Source: Escherichia coli
GTDB lineage: Bacteria; Pseudomonadota; Gammaproteobacteria; Enterobacterales; Enterobacteriaceae
Reading direction: 5' to 3' (one strand)
Assembly: GCF_009931435.1 (NCBI RefSeq)
Contig: NZ_CP043414.1
DNA: 64,000 nt
Part shown: positions 37,316 through 49,469 of the stretch, one piece after another
Layout of the letters: the number at the start of each line of letters is the position of its first letter
Numbering within the stretch: the stretch's first letter is position 1
Made by a program: the position numbers and the translations under genes
The notes under the pieces: model-generated
Seen by the model: only the letters and a program-made list of their open reading frames with translations
What the model was told of the DNA's origin: nothing
Database searches by the model: none

Positions 37316-38800
37316 ATGTCATTCGGTCAGCCTTGTGATGAGTTTCCCCTGAGTTCGCTGCCTCCACTCATTCGTGATGCCGTTATTGAAGCTCAGCAAA
37401 TTACGCAGGCTCCCCTTGGGCTTGTGGCAGCGTCTGCCCTGGGCGCTGTTTCACTTGTCTGCCAGAATCTGATTGATGTCTGCAGACTGAATACACTGCG
37501 GGGGCCGGTCTCTCTTTTTTTCCTGACGCTTGCCGAGTCCGGAGAACGAAAAATCGCAGTGGACAAATTATTAATGAAGCCCCTGTATCAGCAGGAGATG
37601 CAGTTATATTCCAGATACAAAAGTGAACTGGCTGTCTGGAAAAACAAGGAAGAGCTTTTAAAGGCTCAGAAAAAAGCATTGTTGTCAAAACTGAATAAAG
37701 AACTCCGCAAAGGAGCGGATGAGTCAGAAACCCTCAGACAACTGGAAGTACTTCAGAAAAACAGTGCGGAAGAACCTGTGAGGTATAAATTCATTTTTAA
37801 TGATGCCACGACTGCGGCAATTAAGAATCAGCTTTGTGGTAAATGGCGTTCAGTGGGTATTATGTCAGATGAAGCCGGTATTATATTTGATGGATATACC
37901 CTGTCTGAGTTGCCATTTATTAACAAAATGTGGGATGGCTCTGTATTGTCTGTGGACAGAAAGAATGAACCCGAACAGATGATTGAAAATGCCAGAATGA
38001 CGTTATCCCTCATGGTGCAACCCGGTCTTTTTGACCGATATATGGAGCGAAAAGGTTCTGTTGCCAGGGACAGTGGTTTTCTTGCCCGTTGTCTTATCAG
38101 TAAACCTGCAACCACGCAGGGGAAACGCTTTATTAACGGAGCTGTGATTCCGGGAGGATCATTAACGGCATTTCATGAACGATTAATGGAACTGGCCAGA
38201 GGCAGTATTGAAAAATCCAGTGAGGATGAACGGTATTGTCTGCATTTTTCGCCTGAAGCGCAAAAAATATTTATTGAGCACTATAATGTTCTGGAGCAGG
38301 ATTTATCTCCCTCCGGTCCGTTAAGTGCGTTTCGGGGACATGTTTCAAAAAAAACAGAAAACATTGCAAGAATTGCAGCGTTATTTCAGTATTTCAGCTA
38401 TGGTGAAGGGAAAATCTCTGCCGATATCATGACGTCTGCTGTCGTAATAAGTTCGTGGTACACAGATGAATATAAAAAATTATTTGCGTTACCTGATGAA
38501 TCTGAACTGCAGCAGAAGGACGCCGAGGAGCTGTTCGACTGGCTCATTGAGGAGTGCCGCGGAGAATGCCCACCCCGTGTCAGGAAAAATTATATTCTCC
38601 AGTGTGGCCCGGGTCGGTTCAGAAACAGGAAAAAACTGAACGCATTGCTGAACATTCTTGAATCTCAGTTCAGGCTTTCTGTCGTGCCGGAAGGAAAAAC
38701 CATGTATGTTCTGCTTCCCCAGATAGCCAGTTTAAAGTTGTCTGATGTCTCTGGTATTTTTACCTCGGGTTATCACTACAATAAGCTGAGAGCGAAGTAA
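37316..38800 (+). CDS. DUF3987 domain protein (YfjI-like)
   Basis: 494 aa from MSFGQPCDEF with AGTGAGG RBS upstream; family assignment by recalled similarity to CP4-57 YfjI. Confidence 0.65.
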   Translation: MSFGQPCDEFPLSSLPPLIRDAVIEAQQITQAPLGLVAASALGAVSLVCQNLIDVCRLNTLRGPVSLFFLTLAESGERKIAVDKLLMKPLYQQEMQLYSRYKSELAVWKNKEELLKAQKKALLSKLNKELRKGADESETLRQLEVLQKNSAEEPVRYKFIFNDATTAAIKNQLCGKWRSVGIMSDEAGIIFDGYTLSELPFINKMWDGSVLSVDRKNEPEQMIENARMTLSLMVQPGLFDRYMERKGSVARDSGFLARCLISKPATTQGKRFINGAVIPGGSLTAFHERLMELARGSIEKSSEDERYCLHFSPEAQKIFIEHYNVLEQDLSPSGPLSAFRGHVSKKTENIARIAALFQYFSYGEGKISADIMTSAVVISSWYTDEYKKLFALPDESELQQKDAEELFDWLIEECRGECPPRVRKNYILQCGPGRFRNRKKLNALLNILESQFRLSVVPEGKTMYVLLPQIASLKLSDVSGIFTSGYHYNKLRAK

Positions 38801-39121
38801 CCGGTGAGCAGTTTTTCTCCATTATGCTTCAGACTTAGATGATTGATTATTATGGGGATTTCATCACCGATATTCAGATGTATGAATATCGGTGATGAAC
38901 TAAAGCTCAGGAGTTGCGTGGTGGTGATGAATCAACAGGCATATAACTGATACCCGCCGGTCAGAAGTTCCAGCCTGCGACTTTCCTGTCTGCGTGCCCG
39001 CAGTCCGGCGTTCAGGTGCAGCGTGTGACAGAACGCACGGAGAGCGAAACGGCAGGCAGACAGGCTGTTCAGTCAGCCCTGGCACCCTGCCCGGATACCA
39101 GCTTCCCTGAAACAACTGGCA

Positions 39122-39730
39122 TCAGGTGCGCTTATCGTCAACCGTTGTGCGGTATGCCAGGAGCACGTACTGATCCATCAGATCCGTCAGTGCTGCGCTC
39201 TGCTTCTGACGGTTGATGATCCATTCCTCCAGCTCTTTTTCTGATTTCCGTTTCAGATTCTCCGTCCAGTCGTCAAGGCAGTTTCCGGTCATTAAATCAA
39301 GCCAGCAAAGCCAGACCAGTTTGAGGCGCAACTCCGTGCCACCAAACTGACGGAAGAGGCTGATCAGTTTATTTGCCAGCGAACGCTGCCTCAGACGTTC
39401 ACATTCAGACAGGAGAATGCCTTCCAGCATCGGATGATGAACCAGCAGATGTTCACTGGTGCATAAATTCACTATCAGATCATCATCCAGGGGCGGCGTG
39501 GTCCGTTTGTCCGGACCATAAATCAGCCGGTGCAGACTCTGGGGTACGATGGCAATCTCCGGTTTTTCACCATTGAATGACACCCACCCGGGCGTCAGAT
39601 TATGGAAGTAGTAGATATTCGGATGACACACGCCCCAGGATACGGCGTGCCGGGTGAAGCCGGTCAGCCATTTCTGGTAGCTTTCGTGGAGCAGCTCGTA
39701 ACGGGTCTGATACTGTGGTTTCATTTTCAT
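39122..39730 (-). CDS. Hypothetical protein (about 202 aa) downstream of alpA-like gene
   Basis: ORF with GAGGA RBS before MKMKPQYQTRYELLHE start; no confident family assignment. Confidence 0.5.
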   Translation of the reverse strand: MKMKPQYQTRYELLHESYQKWLTGFTRHAVSWGVCHPNIYYFHNLTPGWVSFNGEKPEIAIVPQSLHRLIYGPDKRTTPPLDDDLIVNLCTSEHLLVHHPMLEGILLSECERLRQRSLANKLISLFRQFGGTELRLKLVWLCWLDLMTGNCLDDWTENLKRKSEKELEEWIINRQKQSAALTDLMDQYVLLAYRTTVDDKRT

Positions 39731-39810
39731 ATTCCTCACGGGAGATAACAGGCAGCAGAACGCCGCCGGCAGGCCGGAGACTGCGTCTGCTGCAGATGAA
39801 CGGTTAAGAA

Positions 39811-40017
39811 TTACGGACGGGACTGTGCAATACGCGCCTGCAGCCAGGCTTCCACTTCGCTTTTCAGCCATCGGGAGCTGCGGCCCATTTTGATGGGCGC
39901 AGGAAAGTCACCATCCTTGATGAGTTTGTAAAACCACTTATCGGTCAGGCCGGTCAGTTGAGTGATAAATGCCATGTCGACCATCTGGTCATCCATCAGT
40001 GAAACTGGGGTGATCAT
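39811..40017 (-). CDS. AlpA-family phage transcriptional regulator (HTH)
   Basis: 68 aa from MITPVSLMDDQ with GGAGG RBS; AlpA-like motif …IKMGRSSRWLKSEVEAWL…. Confidence 0.65.
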   Translation of the reverse strand: MITPVSLMDDQMVDMAFITQLTGLTDKWFYKLIKDGDFPAPIKMGRSSRWLKSEVEAWLQARIAQSRP

Positions 40018-41727
40018 GAGAATGTTCCTCCGGATGTTGTTAAACCAGCCGGTGTGGTCATGAAAACAACGCACCACCTTCACCGGCATAACAACCGGGG
40101 AGAAACGTAAAAAATAATCGGGAATGTGACCGCCAGGAGATAAACGGGGAGGTTACGGTGGCTGAGCCGTACCGGTATGCCGGGTGGTTGTTACGAAACG
40201 ATGCTTCCGCACGCGCGCGCGATAAAGAAGGGATGATTTTCGTGAGGAAGAGGGGAAAACTGGCGTTCTGATAATTGCAGAGTTATTTACGGGGCGGTTA
40301 CGATGGGGCAGACCGTGTCCGGTGGGCAGGCGACAGGTATCACCGATGGGATAAGACTGTCTGATTGGTATTATAAATATATAAGAGAGATCAAACACAT
40401 GAGATCAAATACATGAGTTCATATATGTGAAATAAACACGGTGAGTGTGATCAGTGGGCATGATGAGAACGCAGTAGCAACAGACTGCGCTATCCCTGAT
40501 AGCTGGCGTATAACCTGCGTATATAAAACGTACCAGCAACGCACGTGAACAGAGTGCATTAAGCATCCGTCGTTGACACCGACCTGGTGAGTGACAGTCT
40601 GAGAGACCGGTTAAGTGGTGGTACGGGAGTAATGAGTTTGGGGTGGGTACCAGAATGCCAGTCTGGCGGTATGCTGACAGTATCACGTTAATTGCAGCAT
40701 AAAGTGATGAGAGGCTAATGGAAGTTAAAACCAGAGCAGTTCCGTCGTTGTTCATCCCGGGAGACGCTGGAAAAAGTGATTTCCCACACGCGTTATAAGC
40801 TTACTCCAGCGGAGATGGAAGCCTTCAACTCTGCGGTCGATCACCGACTGGCAGAACTGACAATGAACAAGCTTTACGATCGTGTTCCCGCTTCAGTCTG
40901 GAAATATGTCATCTGAGCGTTCGGTAATCACAACTGCATCGCGCCAGGTGTTATCCGCTTTGTGATTCTTATTGGCTCTTCTCAGGTTATTAAAAGCTGA
41001 ATATGTTCCTGTTGTCGGGAACCAGGATAATACCGGGAGCGTTAAGCGGTATAGCGACAACAAAGAATTCGAAATCAAAAGGGAATGGTGCCGGAGGCGT
41101 GGGCGGTAATAGGCTGATTTTCAGGTATTACCGGCTTACAACGTGTGGTTGATATTGAGGGGCTGTGAGTTTCGCGTATTTGTCAGAAACCCAGATGAGT
41201 TTTCCTGTATGGGACGAAATAAGGCAGCGGCAATACCTGGAAAATTTAATATGGTATGAAGGAGAACCTGTCGGTTACGCTTAATATACACGGTACACTG
41301 TCAGCTCAGGGGATACATGAACCGTTATCTCACCAGCTACACAGTATACACACACTGACGCTGACAGTAGTCAGCAGGACCACAATAATCAGCGCCAGCA
41401 GTATGGTAACGATACGGTCTGTATTCCGGTAGTAGCCGAAGGGGTCGACAGAACCACAATACGGGCAACACACTGTATTATTAGTAATCGCGTTTCCACA
41501 GTCCCTGCACTTCTTTTGCGTATCACCATAACTCCCTCCTCACAGCCTTACCCGTAACCGGTTTTTTACATTAAAAAACAACGCTGAAAATTCAACCGTC
41601 AGTCCGGAGACGACCGTTCGGGTTATCACAGAGTGCCTGAGACAGTGTCCTGCCGGAGGTCACTTCAGGGACTCTGCGCATTTTTTACGACGTGGCTATT
41701 CCGTATGAACCATACGGAGATTTAACC

Positions 41728-42297
41728 ATGACCTACAAATACAACCCCTTCTGGCAGCAACGTATTCGTGAGACGGTGCGGCACGCACTGAATGTTCATC
41801 CCCGCCTGACGGCATTGCGGGTTGACCTGCGTCTCCCGGATGTACCGGCAGCAACGGACGCAGCTGTGATATCCCGCTTCATCAATGCCCTGAAAGCCCG
41901 AATCGACGCTTACCAGAAACGTAAGCATCGGGAAGGTAAACGCGTGCATCCCACCACCCTGCATTACGTCTGGGCCCGGGAGTTTGGGGAGTTCAAAGGT
42001 AAAAAACACTATCACCTGATGCTGCTGGTCAACCGGGATACCTGGTGTCGTGCCGGTGATTACCGCGCTCCGGAGTCTCTGGCCGGGATGATTAAACAGG
42101 CGTGGTGCAGTGCCCTGGGAGTGGATGTCGGGTGCCATGCCACGCTGGTGCATTTTCCGGCCTGGCCGGCGGTGTGGCTGGCGCGTAATGATGACACCGG
42201 CTTTCAGCAGGTGCTGGAACGTGCTAACTATCTGGCGAAGGAGCATACCAAAGCTCACTGCACCGGTGAGCGCAACTTTGGCTGCAGTCGTGGCTGA
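41728..42297 (+). CDS. YagK/YfjJ-family protein (inovirus Gp2-like domain)
   Basis: 189 aa from MTYKYNPFWQQRIRE with GGAG RBS; family assignment from recalled features. Confidence 0.55.
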   Translation: MTYKYNPFWQQRIRETVRHALNVHPRLTALRVDLRLPDVPAATDAAVISRFINALKARIDAYQKRKHREGKRVHPTTLHYVWAREFGEFKGKKHYHLMLLVNRDTWCRAGDYRAPESLAGMIKQAWCSALGVDVGCHATLVHFPAWPAVWLARNDDTGFQQVLERANYLAKEHTKAHCTGERNFGCSRG

Positions 42298-42462
42298 GCC
42301 AGACAGACGAGTTATCTGACTTCAGTGTGATGACGTGTTCACGGCCACCACACTGATTTTCCCTTATGAGACTGAACTGAAACCGCCATTCACACCTGAC
42401 CACGCTGCCCGTACCGGGACGGCTGTTGCCTGCGTGTCGTCTGACGGTAAGGAACATATACT

Positions 42463-42855
42463 ATGTACGCAAAATCCTTTCTCGCTCTTGATGGCAACGG
42501 ACGTCTGACGGGCGCCCGTACAGCACAGGCCGCACCTTATGCTCACTACACCTGCCACTTGTGTGGCAGTGCACTCAGATACCATCCGCAATACGACACT
42601 GAACTTCCCTGGTTTGAACACACTGACGACAGGCTGACAGAGCACGGTCAACAGTGCCCTTATGTCAGGCCGGAGCGCAGAGAAATACAGTTGATTAAAC
42701 GTCTGCAGCAATTCGTACCGGATGCCTTACCCGTGGTGCGTAAAGCCAGCTGGCACTGCAGACAATGTCACCACGATTATTATGGGGAGCGGTACTGCAC
42801 ACACTGCCAGACCGGAGGTTTCAGTCTTCCCCGGACAGCTCAGCAACTGTCTTGA
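42463..42855 (+). CDS. Zinc-ribbon protein with CxxC…PWFEH motif (paralog 1)
   Basis: 130 aa; CHLCGSAL…LPWFEH…WHCRQCHHDYYGERYCTHC; paralogous to ORF at 44019-44423. Confidence 0.55.
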   Translation: MYAKSFLALDGNGRLTGARTAQAAPYAHYTCHLCGSALRYHPQYDTELPWFEHTDDRLTEHGQQCPYVRPERREIQLIKRLQQFVPDALPVVRKASWHCRQCHHDYYGERYCTHCQTGGFSLPRTAQQLS

Positions 42856-42864
42856 ACGTAAAAA

Positions 42865-43851
<987 letters not shown>

Positions 43852-44018
43852 ATGCGTTATGGCGTACTGACAACTGTTCGGGTTTCAGATGAGTGGCTCA
43901 GTGTATGCGCCATTCGCTGAGCTACGGGCTATGAACCCCTTGAGGGATCGGGCTGCATACACCTTGCCAAATCTAATCACAGTTATTTTAACCAATTGTC
44001 AAGATACAAGGAGGAGAT

Positions 44019-44423
44019 ATGCGAATTCTGAACTGCTATATGGCGAATGACAGCAAAGGCCATTTTGTTACGGCGAAAGAAGCCGCGAAGAACAACCGAC
44101 AGGACGTTTTGTGCTGTGTGTCCTGTGGTTGTCCGTTAACACTTAAGCGGGGCAATGACGGACAACCGCCGTGGTTTGAACATGACCAGATGACTGTTGC
44201 TGCGAAAATCCTGCTGCGATGCACCTGGCTTGACCCGGCAGAGAAAGAGGCCCGTCGTTTGCATCTGCAGGGCATGACGGTTCCGGATTATACGGTGAAG
44301 GTGAGAAAGTGGTTTTGTGTGATGTGTGACGAAGATTATGAGGGGGAAAAGTGCTGCCCGCGTTGTGGTACCGGGGTATACAGCAGGGATAGGGGGGCTG
44401 CAGGAGGGCAACTGGAAGGATAG
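44019..44423 (+). CDS. Zinc-ribbon protein with CxxC…PWFEH motif (paralog 2)
   Basis: 134 aa; CVSCGCPL…PPWFEH…WFCVMCDEDYEGEKCCPRC; strong AGGAGG RBS. Confidence 0.55.
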   Translation: MRILNCYMANDSKGHFVTAKEAAKNNRQDVLCCVSCGCPLTLKRGNDGQPPWFEHDQMTVAAKILLRCTWLDPAEKEARRLHLQGMTVPDYTVKVRKWFCVMCDEDYEGEKCCPRCGTGVYSRDRGAAGGQLEG

Positions 44424-44713
44424 GAACTGAGCGGTTCAGTCGCGGAAATCAGTTGCAGAGCTGTAATGATATCTCCGGGAGTGCTGCGTTGGTAGGGGCA
44501 TCCCGGGATAGAGAAATTTTAGCACTTTGCCCTGAATGATTGTAGACGTCCCGAGTACTCGTACCGGCCTGAGTTATTACAGTTAGATATTCGCTTTTTC
44601 TCCCGCATACTTCACAGCTGTCAACGACGGATGAAAAGTGGTTCTTCCGCAACTTGGGTGGAAGAAAATGGATGAAACTTTCTGGTGAACAAAGATCTAA
44701 GCTGATTTAAGTT

Positions 44714-45390
44714 ATGGGCAACGCAATGCACTCTCTTAAGACACTTTTAAAGTTACCTTGCGGATGGCGATGCAGTCGACAAATTATTAGCTCTGACGGT
44801 ATAACCCTCCATCTCCACGGAAAACGCAAAACAGCACAATGTCCTGAATGCTTTAAGCGTAGCGACTCTGTTCATAGTTGTCGTCGGCGCCGGATACAGC
44901 ATCTACCCTGCTCAGGGCAGACGCTATGGCTTGTATTTTCCGTCCGCCACTGGTACTGCCGTAACCCGGCTTGTTCACGTAAAATTTTTGCCGAGTCGCT
45001 TGCTCCCTTCGCCAGTTCACACCAGCAGTCTTCACAGGCGTTACAAAATTAACAACGTCAACTGGGATTAATAGCTGGAGGTGAGGCTGGAAAACGGGCT
45101 GCAACGGCAGCGGGTCTCCGTTGCAGTGCTGATACTCTTCTTCGCAGGCTTATCAATACCCCGGAGACGAAACAGTCAGGCGCGCCTCATGTCGGTATTG
45201 ATGAGTGGGCGTGGCATTGGGGCCACCGTTACGGTACGTTAATATTCAATCTTGATACTCACCGCCCCCTGGTCCTGCTTCCCGGCCGTGATCAGCGTAC
45301 GCTGGCGACCTGGTTCAGAAAAGGTCCGGAAATACAGGTTGTATCGCGTGATCGCAGTGGAGTCTATGCGACAGCTGAGGTAGCCTGAGT
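44714..45390 (+). pseudogene. ISL3-family transposase remnant (N-terminal zinc-finger region, frameshifted and 3'-truncated)
   Basis: N-terminal Cys/His zinc-finger ORF followed in another frame by …HVGIDEWAWHWGHRYGTLIFNLDTHRPLVLLPGRDQRTLATWF…VVSRDRSGVYA. Confidence 0.6.
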
Positions 45391-45439
45391 TTAACGGACA
45401 CTCCTTCCTGAAATAGAATGGCATCAGAAGGAGCTAATA

Positions 45440-45648
45440 ATGAGCAGAAAAACCCAACGTTACTCTAAAGAGTTCAAAGCCGAAGCTGTCAGAACGGTTC
45501 TTGAAAATCAACTTTCGATCAGTGAAGGCGCTTCCCGATTATCTCTTCCTGAAGGCACTTTAGGACAATGGGTTACCGCCGCCAGAAAAGGGCTCGGTAC
45601 TCCTGGTTCCCGCACGGTGGCTGAACTGGAATCTGAAATTCTGCAACT
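45440..45648 (+). pseudogene. IS3-family orfA fragment truncated by IS30
   Basis: MSRKTQRYSKEFKAEAVRTVLE… HTH orfA-type sequence ending exactly at the IS30 inverted repeat. Confidence 0.6.
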
Positions 45649-46869
45649 TGTAGATTCAATCTGTCAATGCAACACCCCTTTCAATTATCTCTTTCGGTGT
45701 TTTGAACTTCAGTGTCTTTCTCGGTCTGTTGTTTAGCTGAGCAGCAACCAGATCTAGTTCATGTTGAGTATATTGGGCAAGACATGTCTTTTTAGGAAAG
45801 TACTGCCGAATTAGCCCATTTGTGTTCTCATTTGTTCCCCGCTGCCAAGGACTCTGAGGATCGCAGAAGTAAACTTTAACGCCGGTGCTGACAGTAAATT
45901 CTAGATGTCTGGCCAGTTCCATTCCTCTGTCCCATGTCAGTGATTTTCTGAGTTCTGACGGTAAACTCAGGAATTTGTCGGTAAGAGCCTGATTTACTGA
46001 GACAGAATCTTTGCCCCTGAGTCTGAGGATGATCGTATAACGTGATTTTCGGTCTACAAGTGTGGCTATATGAGAGTTTTTTGTACCTGAGACTAAATCG
46101 CCCTCCCAATGCCCCAGAGAGCGTCTGTTATCGATATTTCGGGAACGTTCGTGAATTGGTGTTCCGTTCACTATGTTAATCGTACCTCTTTCGCCTTTGC
46201 GGGTATGACGCCTGCCATGGCGAAGGCTATGCGACCGTCGCAGATGCTGTATATTCAGGTGGTGTAGCGCTTCACGGCTACGAAAGTACAGCGTTTTATA
46301 AATTGTCTCAGGTGATATTCGCAGCGTTTTTTGACGTGGTTTTGTTCGCCTTAACCATCCTGATATTTGCTCTGGAGACCATTTCATCTCCAGCTTTTCC
46401 AGAACAAGCTTTCGCAATGGCAAATTTTGATCCAGTAAGCACGGTTTTGGCCTTTTCGCCATTCTGTTGGCTCGGTTATTAGCATCAACAGCTTTGTAAT
46501 AGCGTCTGCCCCGATTACGCTGAACTTCACGTGAGATCGTCGAAGGACTGCGATTCAGCGCAGTAGCTATCGCACGAATGCTCATTTTGGCTGACAAACC
46601 AGCTCGTATCTCCTCGCGCTCAGACAGTGTCAGGTGAGCTACAGCCCGCTTACGCTCATGGGGTTTTATGCCGCCAGTATCCCTTAACATAGTGAAGATC
46701 GTTCCGGGTTTTGAACCCAGGATATTCGCTATTTCACTGAAGCCTGTTCCGTTCTTCCATAGTTCAAAAACAGAGGCTTTTTCCTCTGCTGTAAATGTTC
46801 GTCTCATTCAAAAAACCTCCGCAACCCCATGTTTTCACATAACTGTTGCGTTGACCAATTGAATCTACA
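45649..46869 (-). mobile_element. IS30 (1221 bp, complete)
   Basis: Terminal inverted repeats TGTAGATTCAAT… at both ends; encodes 383-aa IS30 transposase. Confidence 0.9.
45656..46807 (-). CDS. IS30 transposase
   Basis: 383 aa MRRTFTAEEKASVFELWKNGTGFSEIA… with DDE motif region. Confidence 0.9.
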   Translation of the reverse strand: MRRTFTAEEKASVFELWKNGTGFSEIANILGSKPGTIFTMLRDTGGIKPHERKRAVAHLTLSEREEIRAGLSAKMSIRAIATALNRSPSTISREVQRNRGRRYYKAVDANNRANRMAKRPKPCLLDQNLPLRKLVLEKLEMKWSPEQISGWLRRTKPRQKTLRISPETIYKTLYFRSREALHHLNIQHLRRSHSLRHGRRHTRKGERGTINIVNGTPIHERSRNIDNRRSLGHWEGDLVSGTKNSHIATLVDRKSRYTIILRLRGKDSVSVNQALTDKFLSLPSELRKSLTWDRGMELARHLEFTVSTGVKVYFCDPQSPWQRGTNENTNGLIRQYFPKKTCLAQYTQHELDLVAAQLNNRPRKTLKFKTPKEIIERGVALTD

Positions 46870-47120
46870 GCGGCTTTTTTTAATATGTCCCGTTCGTCGG
46901 TAACCCGTTTCAGCTCTTTCTGGAGACGGCGGATCTCGGCCGGAGCATCTGACTGTTCTTTATTAGTGGAAGAATCCGGACCGTACTTCTTTATCCAGGC
47001 ATAAAGGCTGTGGGTGGTGATATCGAGACGTGTTGCAACGCTGGCAACAGAATAACCGCGATCAACAACCTGTTTGACTGCTTCAGTTTTAAACTCTTCG
47101 GGATAACGCTTACCGCTCAT
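46870..47120 (-). pseudogene. Second, different IS3-family orfA fragment truncated by IS30
   Basis: MSGKRYPEEFKTEAVKQVVDRGYSVASVATRLDIT… ; frame runs into the IS30 end. Confidence 0.6.
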
Positions 47121-48172
47121 GGGCACTTCTCTTTAAGCCATCTTAAATGACTCTGAGGTGTCTGTTAAACCCGTGGCGATTCAGTACAAAACACAACAAT
47201 AGCTTCATGATATATAAATACGTGATGACGAGTGGTACTCCGCATGGTTATTTAACTTCTCAGCACCACTAATGATCCTGAGCAACTTCGTATTTGGGCC
47301 ATTGCCATGGAGTAGAAAGCTGTGTCTGAGAATGCAGAATTTGAGAAAAGAATTAGCTTTCTTGGAGAGCTTCTGAAAATGGCACGCTAACAACGTTTTG
47401 TTAAAAAATGTGAATCACTTGCCGGGGCTGCATTTTCTATTCGAGGAGAATGTTGACGTAGATATTACAGAAATCTCAGCGCATCAGGATAAACTGCTAC
47501 CTTAGGTCAACCACCAAAAGAAAATACAATACGTCCAGTTTGTATGCCTTTAATAACACATCTTCTAAATGTTGAAGAATTATCCCGCCTGCTGAAGAAC
47601 GTTGCTCTGAGTGTGATAAACCTTTTTATTCTTGATGATGTCAGCGAGAAGATGGAATATATCCCCGACTGGGTCGTGGTTACCCGGTTAAACATCTGGT
47701 GGCGCTAATAAATCTGGCAGGTCACATTCTGTTGAATGCTGTGACAGTGCCTTACCGAGAGAGCGAAATTGTGGTGTTCTAGTGCATAGTCGCCACCATT
47801 CCGGATAATTCTATTGCGTTGTTTTACAAGTTCTTTTACAGCGCAGATCTGTCGCTGACGTTGAATCAATAGCCTGGATTTCAGAACACAATGCCTGTTT
47901 GCTGGTTGGTCCGGCAGTAGCATTAATTCATTATCTGAATGAAATGTGTCAATCCACAGAAACCGCTGTCAATGACGCATTTTGTCGGACGTTAACACGA
48001 GAAAGTTTGGCTATTCCGTAATGCCATCTTATTTCGTAATGGATTGAGAATGCTGGATTTTTAATTATATTACGCGCAGTATTAATCGCGTAAATGTTTT
48101 GCGGTCAGCAACGGTGGGGGATCCATTGTTCTGTTCAATGAATACCATCATACATTTGAATCAGGAGTCGGT

Positions 48173-48718
48173 ATGATGATTTTGGTGACGGGGGGCGCAC
48201 GGAGCGGGAAGAGTCGCCACGCAGAGGTGCTTATTGGGGACTCTTCACAGGTTCTGTATATCGCTACCTCGCAAATCCTTGATGATGAGATGGCTGCACG
48301 GATAGAACATCATCGGCAAGGCCGCCCGGAGCACTGGCGCACAGTGGAGCGCTGGCAACATCTTGATGAATTAATTCATGCAGACATTAACCCGAATGAG
48401 GTTGTGTTGCTGGAATGCGTTACCACAATGGTGACTAATCTGTTGTTTGATTATGGCGGCGATAAAGACCCTGATGAATGGGATTATCAGGCGATGGAAC
48501 AGGCGATTAATGCTGAGATTCAGTCGTTGATTGCTGCCTGCCAACGTTGCCCCGCAAAGGTTGTATTAGTGACTAACGAAGTGGGAATGGGGATTGTGCC
48601 GGAGAGTCGTCTGGCACGACATTTTCGTGATATTGCCGGGCGGGTAAATCAGCAGTTGGCCGCTGCGGCAAATGAAGTATGGCTGGTGGTTTCTGGTATT
48701 GGAGTAAAAATCAAATGA
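48173..48718 (+). CDS. cobU: Adenosylcobinamide kinase / adenosylcobinamide-phosphate guanylyltransferase
   Basis: 181 aa with P-loop GGARSGKS; overlaps cobS start. Confidence 0.9.
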   Translation: MMILVTGGARSGKSRHAEVLIGDSSQVLYIATSQILDDEMAARIEHHRQGRPEHWRTVERWQHLDELIHADINPNEVVLLECVTTMVTNLLFDYGGDKDPDEWDYQAMEQAINAEIQSLIAACQRCPAKVVLVTNEVGMGIVPESRLARHFRDIAGRVNQQLAAAANEVWLVVSGIGVKIK

Positions 48719-49458
48719 GTAAATTATTTTGGGCGATGCTCTCATTTATTACGCGTCTGCCTGTACCGCGTCGCTGGTCCCAGGGACTGGATTTCGAGCA
48801 TTATTCTCGCGGTATTATTACTTTTCCTTTGATTGGATTATTGCTTGGCGCGATTAGCGGGCTGGTCTTCATGGTGCTGCAGGCATGGTGTGGCGCACCA
48901 CTGGCGGCACTGTTTAGCGTACTTGTGCTGGTGCTGATGACCGGGGGATTCCATCTGGACGGCCTCGCTGATACCTGTGATGGCGTATTTTCTGCACGTA
49001 GCCGCGATCGCATGTTGGAAATCATGCGTGATAGCCGTTTAGGCACCCACGGCGGTCTGGCATTGATTTTTGTGGTACTGGCAAAGATTCTGGTGTTAAG
49101 CGAGTTGGCTCTGCGTGGCGAATCGATCCTTGCATCGCTGGCGGCAGCATGTGCGGTCAGCCGCGGGACTGCCGCATTATTGATGTATCGTCATCGTTAT
49201 GCGCGGGAAGAAGGGCTTGGCAATGTGTTCATTGGCAAAATTGATGGGCGACAAACCTGCGTCACACTCGGCTTAGCCGCTATTTTTGCTGCCGTATTAT
49301 TGCCGGGTATGCATGGTGTGGCTGCTATGGTGGTGACGATGGTGGCGATTTTCATCCTCGGTCAGCTTCTCAAACGTACGCTGGGCGGGCAAACGGGCGA
49401 TACGCTGGGAGCAGCCATAGAGCTTGGTGAACTGGTCTTCCTGCTGGCACTGCTATAA
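48715..49458 (+). CDS. cobS: Cobalamin (5'-phosphate) synthase
   Basis: 247 aa membrane protein from [11 protein letters not shown]; ATGA overlap with cobU stop. Confidence 0.9.
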   Translation: MSKLFWAMLSFITRLPVPRRWSQGLDFEHYSRGIITFPLIGLLLGAISGLVFMVLQAWCGAPLAALFSVLVLVLMTGGFHLDGLADTCDGVFSARSRDRMLEIMRDSRLGTHGGLALIFVVLAKILVLSELALRGESILASLAAACAVSRGTAALLMYRHRYAREEGLGNVFIGKIDGRQTCVTLGLAAIFAAVLLPGMHGVAAMVVTMVAIFILGQLLKRTLGGQTGDTLGAAIELGELVFLLALL

Positions 49459-49469
49459 AGAGACGTGAC

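Noticed and set aside
47130-48172. Possible coding region or riboswitch upstream of cobU
   Set aside because: Only short low-complexity ORFs on the minus strand; no recognisable cobalamin riboswitch elements; likely degenerate remnant DNA next to the IS fragments.
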